DNA of 64,000 bases, taken from the human T2T-CHM13v2.0 reference genome, Homo sapiens. Made by a program: the position numbers and the translations under genes. Under the pieces are notes generated by a model. That model worked only from the letters and a program-made list of their open reading frames with translations, did not search any database and was not told where the DNA came from. The stretch lies in assembly GCF_009914755.1 (NCBI RefSeq), contig NC_060928.1. One strand, 5' to 3'. This document shows positions 43,101 to 53,438 of this stretch, one piece after another; within the stretch, counting starts at the first letter, position 1, and each line of letters opens with the position of its first letter.

Positions 43101-44639
43101 TATATGATACATTTCATGATTAAATTTAAACTATGATATCAAAATTCAATAAGGAGATATTAAAACTGCAGGAATCAGTTATTTCGGCTCACTCCAGGGT
43201 TCTTAAAAATGTTCCCCAGGTTGAAAAGGACAAGAAAGAAAAATCATTCAAATGATCAATGAGTAAAAAGGGAAAGATGTTCAGCTGATACTGCTTAACT
43301 CAGTGGAAAGGCTTGAAGAGTGGTGCTATTTGGCAAATGTGAAGTGTGAATCAAATGATATTTAAATCAGTTTACATTTTATAGGAAAGCAAGCCATTTA
43401 AAATACAATAACAATGTCCAGTGTGTTGGATATGTAAAGATATTCAACTGGCTTATTAGTAATGGCAACTTGTTATTCATTCAAAAGATTTCAGAACCTT
43501 TAAAAAAGTTAGTGCTGATGAAATTTTTCAGCTGTTGGAAAATTAGACCAAGAGGCCCCATAATTTGCACTGGAGATATTTTTCAGATCTTGTTGTCCTC
43601 CCCACCCCTTAAGTATAGCCAACAGAATTCAATGCTTTTATAGAAAGAAAGTGCACAAATGCCTCTCAAGGACATATCTTTGTTTAAAAGGCCTTCCCAT
43701 ATTAAACACAATTCTTAAAATTGGAGAAGTAAAGTTCACATAAGAAAAAGCAAATCTGGTCAATGGAGGACAGAGGTCTTCTGTTTCTAAGAGGCAATGC
43801 TAAGCTTAAAACTTATTAAACTAAATCTTAGCTAAAATTAAAACATTTAAATATACAATTTAAATGATGTTCATGTAACATATTTACATGCCTTTAAAGA
43901 GCAGAACTGATACAAATTTTTAAAGTTGCAACTTACTATGAAATTTTCACTATTGTAAGTAGCCAGAAGTAACTCACTATTGCCTTTAATTGAAAACATT
44001 AATTGGGGAAAAACTGATTTCATGATAAATTTTAATAACATTTAATATTTTATATGAATATATATGGCCACCATATATAGAGAATATTTGGAAGTAGGAT
44101 TTATTTCTCCAAATGTAACCAAAGTGATACAGTTATATACAGTTGTGCATGTGAATCAATATAGGCATTTCTAATTATTTTAATGAAGTCAGCTAGTATT
44201 TAAGTTGGAAAGAATTTTTATATGTTTCCCTAGTGCCTCATATCTACATTAATTTTTCTCATTTCAAAGGGCAAATTATTGTTCTCTATTTTTTTCTTTC
44301 TAAGTAATCACTTATTTTCTAAAACTAACTGAAAAGAAGATTCTAACACACTCCCCACTCCCTTCTCTTGGGAATGTTCTCAACAGCACTATATTCCTTT
44401 TATCACCTGTAACTCTGTCAGTTTTAGGACAAATTGTACCCAGTACAGAGGTCAGGATCTATTGGTCTATAAAAGCTGCCCCTGAAATTGATAAAACCAT
44501 TGCCTCTAACACCAGAGGGAAAGAGATTGTCAGTTTCAAAACAAAATTAAGCACAGTATCTTTCTGTGGCACTGATGAAACCCCTGAGGATAGCAGATGT
44601 TATTTGGAATTGAGTTGCACATATTATAATAAAAAGATA

Positions 44640-44875
44640 ATAATTGATATGTACTTAACATCATAAAGATCACATTAACTCCACATAGATGATTTCTCTG
44701 AATCTTCACAACAATCTCAGTGAATAAATTAGGACATGGGTTAAAATCCATATTTTATGGATAAGGAGCCAAGGCTTCAGCAAGTTAAATAACTGTCCAA
44801 GTTCAAATGGCTATTAAATGGCAGATCTAGGATTTAAAATCCCATGTTTTGACTCCAGAGCTCATCTTCTTTTAG
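44640..44875 (-). mobile_element. MIR
   Basis: tgaatcttcacaacaatctc...attttatggataaggagccaaggct...gtccaagttc...ggatttaaaatccc...gactccagagctc. Confidence 0.75.
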
Positions 44876-45803
44876 AGGCCAACTCTATCATCCTCATTTT
44901 AAAATTATGAAATTAGTGGAAAACTCTGTCGACTACAGAAGCAACAACAATCTGAAGGGCCAAAAAGGAGAAGAAAATTCAAAGATTTACTAAAGTTCAA
45001 ATGAGTAACAAAGTACCCAGATTTTAAGCAATATTCAATTCATATGGAGAAATAGAAATTATTCAGAGACATAAATTAATAGCAACACTTTTCATATGTA
45101 TAGCACTTTGCAATTTTAAGGTGTTTTACATACGTTATCCTATCTACATGGCACATAGAAACATATGTTTTGTTAATGTCAAAATGTCTACAACTAACTG
45201 AAACATCTGAGGACTAGAAGATTACACTACTCTGAAGAAAAACAGTATTATTGCATAAATCCTTACTCATTAACTTAGCAACAAGAAGAGTGGCATCCTG
45301 TTCTGACAGTGTATATAGTATTTACATATTTTAGCTCTTTTCTGACTTTCAAAAGAAACATTTACTGAGCCTCAGAAATTAGGATTTAACCAAAAATGTC
45401 TAATAACTTTTTTCTTTTAAACAAGTGAATGACCTAGATTGGTCAAGAAGACTATATTAGTATCTGATGGAAAATTAAAAGTACTGAGTATGTATTTCAA
45501 ATTACACTATCCCTAAATTTGTGGTGTATAATGTATTTTAAATATATAGAAGGGAAAACAATTATAGATTGTCATTTTAACTAGGAAATTATGAACTTCC
45601 CATCCTCAGTCATTTGTAAGCTTTAACCTTAAAATATTTTAGTATGTGCCACTAACAAAAGAATCACTTTTAGTTCATCCTAGGTTTTAAAACAGACATT
45701 CTTTGTATCCAAGAGAACCCTAATTTGATCAAGTAACATAAATATTGGGTACTAAATGACAGTAGCATTGAGGACAAATATAACAAGAAATAGATATTTG
45801 TAC

Positions 45804-46445
45804 TTTTTTAATTTTTATTTTTATTTCAATAGTTTTTGAGGTACAGGTGGTTCTTGGTTACATGGATAAGTTCTTTAATGATGATTTCTGAGATTTTGGT
45901 GCACCTACCACCCAAGAAATGTACACCATACCCAATATGTAGTTTTTATCCCTCACCCTCTCCCAATCTTCCCCTCCCACCCACCAAATCCCTGAAGTCC
46001 ATGCCTTTGCATCCTCATAGCTTAGCTCCCACTTAGAAGTGAGAAAATACAACATTTGGCTTTCCATTCCTGAGTTACTTCATTTAGAATAACAACCTCC
46101 AGCTCCATCCAAGTTGCTGCAAAAGACATTATTTCATTCCTTTTTATGGCTGAGTAGTATTCCATGGTATATACATACCACGTTTTCTTTATCCACTCGT
46201 TGGTTGATGAGCACTTAGGTTGGTTCCATATCTTTGCAATTGCGAATTGTGCTGCTATAAACATGCGTGTGCATGTGTCTATATAATGACTTATTTTTCT
46301 TTGGGTAGATACCCAATAGTGGGATTGCTGGATTGAATGGTAGTTCTACTTTAAGTTCTTTAAGGCATCTCCATAGTGTTTTCCATAGTGGTTGTACTAG
46401 TTTACATTCCCACCAGCAGTGTAAAAGTGTCTGCTTTTAACCACA
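45804..46445 (-). mobile_element. L1PB-like 3' fragment
   Basis: tttcaatagtttttgaggtacaggtggtt...; ORF 46022-46264 is the L1 ORF2 C-terminus (MFIAAQFAIAKIWNQPKC...). Confidence 0.9.
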
Positions 46446-47094
46446 GCTTGCACTTACTTTAAAATATAAATCCATATTGATATATGCTATATAAGCCATT
46501 TAAGAGCAGTTAAACTTATTAATTCTATTCTACACTTACTTCACAAACTCTTTATTATTAATAAGTTTTAAGAAAGATCCCTGTTTATTCAATGATCATT
46601 CACCTGGGATTTATTTAGCAGACACTATAGGGCAATCACTGTGCTGGTCTTCACGCTGTGTAGATAAGACATGGGCTATACTCATGTGGAAATCACTAAT
46701 GGTCTCTCAGTGGTGTAAACAAATAACAAGACTTAATGTAATGAATTTAATACACTACAAAATGCACACAGATAAAATAATAGTATTTTCCACATACTCA
46801 TTTACTACTTGACCATTTGATCCATTTATTATTTAAAAATAGATGTTTTTGAGCAATATAATTATAATGGTATTAGAGAAAGTTAAGAAATTGTAGCAAA
46901 GGTGAAAAGCATAATAAGAAAACCATTTTTATCTTGTGTTTTTCCCAGTCTTTTAAAAAATACGCATTTTATTGAGACCAAAATTGTCATTTATTCCTCC
47001 CAAGTATTTTCATATAATCCTACATCATTCTTTAATAAGCTTTTAAATAGCTACATGATATTCAACTTAGTGAGCAGATATATCATAGTCATGG

Positions 47095-47310
47095 CATAAT
47101 GCACAAGCTGCACAGCTTCCAAATCTCAGAGACTTGGGTTTAGAGTTAGGTAATTGCTCTACCACTTCACATTCTGTTTTCTTATCTGTAAAATGGGGAT
47201 AATAATAAGTAGCTTTAAGGCTTTTCAAGCATCAGAGACTATTATTTACCAAACATCTATCATGGACCCCGAAAGTCAGTAGAGAACAAGGAAATAGCAA
47301 CTACTGCTTA
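47095..47310 (+). mobile_element. MIR
   Basis: ctgttttcttatctgtaaaatggggataataataa core. Confidence 0.7.
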
Positions 47311-47629
47311 TAATTCCCTTAATGTTGCAGAATTAGGTAACAATATTTTGAATAATCATTCTTTTTGAGTTGTTTTATTCAGCCCCATGCACAACTTTGC
47401 TTACCAGTTGTAATGATCTTTGAGTTTCTTATTTTCTAGCCTCAAATCAGAATTATATAGTATTAATTATTTTAGCAAAAGGAAAGATCATTCAGTAAGC
47501 CATAAGCAAAGGAAAGCAAGAGTAGCTGTACTTAAAATTAAACATTTTCCTTTGACTAGTTGAAAAGTGTTACATAAAAAAGGAAAACATTCCATCTTTT
47601 CTAAAAACACTGAATGAGATACTCCTTAC

Positions 47630-47638
47630 CAAAGTACT
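47630..47638 (-). CDS. Candidate 9-nt microexon AGTACTTTG
   Basis: Minus strand: GCTAACatttgtatacactttttactttttAG|AGTACTTTG|GTAAGG. Consensus branch point about 27 nt upstream, U-rich tract, good donor, length 3n. Confidence 0.55.
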
Positions 47639-48716
47639 CTAAAAAGTAAAAAGTGTATACAAATGTTAGCTGATGCTAACATATAATGGTACGATTTTTT
47701 CTTCACTGATTTGTTGTATCCCAAACTTTAAGCCAATCTCTACATATTTATAAAATTTTAAAAACAGTGAAAAACCCCTTCTGTTTTATCGTTTTATTCC
47801 TTCCAAAAATGTTTTCAGATTGGAACATACAGTGTTTTTTTTTTCCTTAGGATCATATATCACTATAACTGAATTCAAATTTTGCCTTTAAAATTTTATT
47901 TTGGAGTTGATTTGTATGAAATGACATGTAAAACTTCATAAGGATTCTAAGTTTGGTCAAGACACATATAATCGCTATTTCAACTACTGATACTTTGCTA
48001 TCTTTTGCTGCAACAAATCTACTGTCTTATTAAAATAAAAATGTACTTCTCCAAACGTACTTGTGCTTAATTTTTTCCAGAGCAAGTTTAAAATATTCAC
48101 TATTAGAAGAGTCTTGATAATGAAACCTCTTTTTCCTCATGGACATGGAAGAAAACTAAAGCTTTACAGGAGACCTGATGAAATGCAGACTCAAGTAAGA
48201 AAAATATTTTAAGGTATAAAGTTTTAAAATATACTTCTTATTCTAGGACAGCTATCATTCATTATGTAACTTCCAACTTGAGAAAAGGTTGGAATCTGGT
48301 TATTCTTCAAGTCCAAGTTAGAAGGAATACTCTGGATATAATAGGTGGAGGTTTAAAAGTTGGCTTAACACCCTTAGGCAACTGCAGACCTGGTCACTGT
48401 CCCATCAGGAATGTTTTGAAGGCCAATAAACCACTCAGCCCCTGCCCTGTCTTTATAAATAATTCTCACCGGCTGTGGAGCAATGCTGGATGTGGCTTTC
48501 AGCTTCACCATGGTTACTTGAGAGCATTCTCAGGTATTGCTTCTATCCAAGCAGCCTTTGCCTCTGTGGGAAACCCCAGTGATATTCTGGGAGAAGTGGC
48601 AAGGGCAGGTAGCATGACCATTCTCTTCTCTGGAAATCTCACTCCCATGCACTTTTCATGCAATCAATCATGAAGAAAAGGTCAACAGACAGCTTTCAAA
48701 TAATGGATTTACTTAC

Positions 48717-48730
48717 CTACTGACACTGAT
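48717..48730 (-). CDS. Candidate 14-nt microexon ATCAGTGTCAGTAG (reading frame unknown)
   Basis: Minus strand: taattgac...ctcctccctttttctccccacaacttcacttctctcgccAG|ATCAGTGTCAGTAG|GTAAGT. Long AG-free pyrimidine tract, consensus donor, and two UGCAUG elements downstream (plus-strand CATGCA at 48646-48651 and 48657-48662). Confidence 0.65.
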
Positions 48731-49429
48731 CTGGCGAGAGAAGTGAAGTTGTGGGGAGAAAAAGGGAGGAGCACAGGAGTCAATTACAGGAAACCTAAAC
48801 CCCTTCAGTCTTCCAGGGAGACCAAACACACTCCAGTAAGCTCCCTCCCCTTGATCACAGGTATCTGCCAAAGCTATTAAGGTAAGTTTACATTGATGTC
48901 CGGTTAGAAGTTGGAGGTATGTATGTGCACATATATAAGATGGGAGCACTGGGGAGGAAAAGATAGATATTAAAGAACTGTCATTCACTGTGGAAATTAA
49001 CAAAAAAGGATAGGCTGTGTTTCAGGGAGGTTAACTGTCTATACATCCTAGGCCATTCAGTGCAGATTTAAATTTCAGGAAACAGTAGGCACATGAGGAT
49101 AAATCCCTCCATCCTTGGAAGACTTAATACACCTTTAGTGTCTGACTCAATAGTAGATGAACTAAAGGTAGTTTGACCAGTAAAACCAATTGACATGGAA
49201 ACTTAATATAAATGATAAAAACGTAGGAGTTTTGTTTTGGGATCAGCCAGTCCTATAACACCCAGTTCACAGAAGTGCTGCAGGATTTTCTTTTTAATAT
49301 TAATAGAACATAAATATTATTTCCATTTTGGTTTCATTCTTAGCACCTTATCATGCCACAACGAATAAATAGTTAGATGGTCTCCAGTTTTGAAGGAGTT
49401 TAAAGTCCTACAAACCTTATTCTACCCAT

Positions 49430-49575
49430 TTGGTTTCTTGCCAGACAATAAATTCCATGAGAACAGGGACTATAGAAGTGTTTTGCTCAATATGATGGCC
49501 CTTGTGCTTATACAACAATGTCTGGCCATATTAAGTTCTAAAAAAAACAAGCTAGTTATAAAAAATGGATGAGTT
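49430..49575 (+). mobile_element. L2 3' end
   Basis: ccagacaataaattccatgagaacagggac...caacaatgtctggccatattaagttc. Confidence 0.55.
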
Positions 49576-51400
49576 CCCAAAAAACTCTGCCTGCTAGAGC
49601 CACATTAATAAGTTTTTTCCTAACCTTTCTAAACATTGGTCATGTTTATATGGATTACTTTTGTTTTGGCATCGAAATAATAAAATCAGCACCCTTGATC
49701 CAAGGTTCCTCAGCTGCATAAACAACAACTTGCTCTTATTTTGATTAAGGAGAGCTATTATATGTTCTTCCTCAAGCTATTAGTCTACTAGGAACATGTT
49801 GTAATTTATAAGGCCTATCAAAACTTTCCTTTTACTAAAATGAATAGAAAATTAATGCAGCCAGGCAGAAAGCTCTGTTAGCTAATAGTTTTTAGCATTT
49901 TCTCCTTTGAGATGCTAGAGAGCAATTTTCATTTACTGGTTATTTAAGGAAGAAAAATTCAGTCCCACTGATATCACCTTGATTGGGTTTATGTACAAAT
50001 ACCGTATATTTTTTCCCTTGGGCATATCATGTGCTATTACATGGAAAAGAAATGTTACAACTTTCTAACATCAATAGCTATTTTAGATACTACTGCATGA
50101 TCATTAGTCGAAAAACTCTTAGAATAATACTACTCCCTGTGTGTTAATAAATATTTGTAGAATTTAGGTAATTTGGGGTGGAATTAAAACACCAAACTCA
50201 TAAGCACTGAAAGAGATGGAATTCTACTTCTGCATTAAAATACAGGTACAAATTAATGTTCTTACTTAAGTTCTTGGAAGGTGCTTTATAGACGCAATAA
50301 ATACATGATAGTACAATTAGGTTTTGCTTTTTAATGACATATAAGCAGCTAGCCCTCTGTTCAGTGTGGGCTTGTGTTCTTTAAAAGAACTAGCTAGAGG
50401 CATTTTTTTTATTGGCTCAGAATTCTGAAAACTAGACTATAATTTAGGGCTTTTTTGGTCAGCAACAAGTATCAATCATTCCACAAATACAGTATTTACA
50501 CATAATTTTGCTATTTAATTAAGAGAAGTTAAAAGAAGTTTGCTTTTTAAGGAGGCTAACAATGTCCATTTGCAACATATTTTTTGTTACTAATTAGCTT
50601 AACAAAACTTTTCATAGGGCAAAGGTCATTTTCAACCTAACAAATATGAATATTGTTACATGCTAATGAGTGCAGAAATCTCCATCACTATTGTTAAATT
50701 AATAAATTATTTGGCTCCTCTTATTACATGTGTATGGATTAGATGCTGAAATACAATAATTTTGAAGTAAAGTGGTTTTAAAAATAATAAACTATAGCTT
50801 GTGAAAGTATTATAAAGGCAAATCAGAGAATCCAGGAACACATATAAACCCAAGGATTCTTTTGTCTGTTATAGTTCTTTTTTCAGGATTCAGTTTTGAG
50901 GGAGTTTTGAATTTCACGTCTGATGCTACCTTTGAAAATATTCTTACAGTGATGAATGACCTCTTTCATGTAAAACAGTTTTTGAAAAATATATACATAT
51001 ATTTACCAAAGCTTCCTTCCTCTTATGTTGGAAATATTTATTTTTTGATTGGAAGCCTGTGGTGATTCAGCCACAGCAGAAGAAGAGAGGACTTTTCTTT
51101 TCCCTTAGTGTTATGTTGACAAATCAGCCTCTGAAGAAGTGACCACTGTTTTATTTCTTCTAAAAGTATGGCCCATTAGTTGAGGAATGTTTAAAATTCG
51201 TATCATGGTGCTGTGTTCTTACTTCATTACTAGTTTTGACAAAAGTAAAGGAGCATTTACAGTTGGTCTTTTAATGACGAACATGTTACTTCCAGTGTGA
51301 TTGGTTGCAACAATGGATTATGACTGGCCCCCAATCACCTTGTAAAAACTGGATTAGAAACTTTATTAGAAATGTAACAGAAAATAATTATCATATAAAC

Positions 51401-51688
51401 TTTTTTTTAAAGAGGCAGGGTCTTGCTCTGTTGCCCAGGCTGCCTGCAGTAGTGCAATCATAGCTCTCTGCCGCCTTGAACTCCTGGGTTCAATCGATCC
51501 TCCCCTTTCGGCCTCCCAAGCAGCTGGGACAACAGTTGCACACCACCATGCCCAGCTTATTTTTAAAATTCTTTTGGTAGAGATGTGGTCTTGCTTTGTT
51601 GCCCAGACTGGTCTTTAAACTCCTGGCTTCAAGCCGGCCTCCAGCCTCAGCCTCCCAAAGTGTTGAGATTATAGGGGTGTGCTCGGCC
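51401..51688 (-). mobile_element. AluJ element
   Basis: gcagggtcttgctctgttgcccaggc...atcatagctc...ttgaactcctggg...cctcccaaagtgttgagattatagg. Confidence 0.92.
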
Positions 51689-52169
51689 AACATTTTTTGA
51701 CTTATATGGACAAACATTTTGTGCTAGACTTACATTTAATCTGAGCAGTTACACGACAATGCATATAATGCTCAGCACAGGCTTGACACACACGTGGAAA
51801 GCACTCAGTACATGTCAGTTACCATTTTCATTATTACTAAAAATGAAAATAGACAGTTTTATTGTATGAAAATCTTAATAAAATTGTTCCCTGTAACTTC
51901 CTCTTAGGGAAAAGCACAGATTTAAGTTCAGGTTATATTGAATATTATAGTGGTATTAACTATTACCATAATCTTTAAAATTTCTCTCCCGCAAAGAATC
52001 GCACAGATATCACATCCAAGATTATTCAAATGATGTTATCCTGGACTCTGACTAACCTTACATTTGCTCTTTGTCCATTACAAAATTTACTCTTTTAACT
52101 TTTATTTATATTCACTAAGTGTATTCCATATCTTAACTTCCTATTCAGTGAAAAAGTTTGGTTCATATG

Positions 52170-52531
52170 TGCTATGGCTTGAATGTGTCTCCCAAAATTC
52201 ATGTGTTGGAAACTTGATCCCCTATATAACAGTATTGACAGGTGGTCTTTTAAGAGGTGATTAGATCATGTAGGCTCAGCCTTCATCAATGAATTATTGT
52301 TGTTACTCTAGAGTGGGTTTGTTACAAAAGAGAGGCCCCTTCTTGGTTTCTCTCTCATGTCCTTTCTCACCCTCTCCCCTTTCACCATGGAATAACACAG
52401 CAAGAAGGCCCTAGAAAGTTGCCGGTACCTTAATATTGAACTTCCCACCCTTCAGAACTGTGAACTTTTTTTCTTTTTAAATTGGCCAGTCTGTGGTATT
52501 CTGTTATAGCAACACAAAATGAACTAAGACA
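52170..52531 (+). mobile_element. MST (MSTC-like) solo LTR with perfect 5-bp TSD
   Basis: TGCTATGGCTTGAATGTGTC...GAACTAAGACA flanked by ATATG at 52165-52169 and 52532-52536. Confidence 0.92.
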
Positions 52532-53425
52532 ATATGTCACCCATTTTCTTCAAGTTTGTAATTATTGGACAATACATCTCTTCTTTTGTAACATTAATAA
52601 GTTGGCTTTTATTTTGATTTGTAATTGTAATTTATTGTCTATTAGAGAGTCATTTGACATAATTTTCTAATGCAACAAATTCAGTTCCTTTTTTCTAATA
52701 TCATCTGGCTGCCATCAGGACACAAACCTTCTGAAAGAATAGATGTCAAATAAAATAAACCCTTTAGCAACTTTATTAAAAGATGCTAAAATAATAGAAT
52801 AATCAACATGCTTTATGTACTTTTTATTATATTTCTGTCCTTTTACTTGAAGAATATTCAAAACCATTTAGCCAACTCTTTAAGAAAAGCATAAAATAGC
52901 ATGGCCCCTCATCACTCCTCCAAATTCCTCATTGTTGGCTGTCAGTTAAGACCGCTTCCTTCTGCTCCCCCACCATTTCACTTATATTCAGTGAAAATTT
53001 TTCACTTGTATCCTTGATATAACAAAACAAATTCTAGTTTCAGAATTCTATGGCATTTTCTTCTCTTTCACCACAGTCCCTAATTATCAGTTCACATCAG
53101 TCCAAGAGGAATTTCAAATTTATGTCATTAATCAATCACCACTATGTAATATCACTAAGAATCCTAAACACTTATTTCCTACAGTTTTGTAATGCATGAT
53201 TTTATCTTAACTCCACATATGTTAGCAGTAAAACATGACTCCTATTCTTGAAGTCCCACCGACATTTTCTATGAAATAATGAACATTCAGTGGATGGTAA
53301 TATAAGATGGCACTTCCTGGTCCTCCAGTTTTTGGCAAATGTATTTCATTTTTCTTTGTCTTTGAACACTTAGGGCTTCTGCCTCTTACTTACTGCAAAC
53401 AGCACTCCCCTCTGAACAAGCTTAC

Positions 53426-53438
53426 CCACCGCTCAGTT
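53426..53438 (-). CDS. Candidate 13-nt microexon AACTGAGCGGTGG (reading frame unknown)
   Basis: Minus strand: aatgctaaaagtgctgtttgcttttttgctgtatttAG|AACTGAGCGGTGG|GTAAGC. Several UGC motifs in the tract; retained CpG in the exon. Confidence 0.6.

Noticed and set aside
48278-49003. ORFs 48278-48673 (+) and 48713-49003 (-) as genes
   Set aside because: Non-ATG starts and no recognisable domain; better explained as flanks of the minus-strand microexon.
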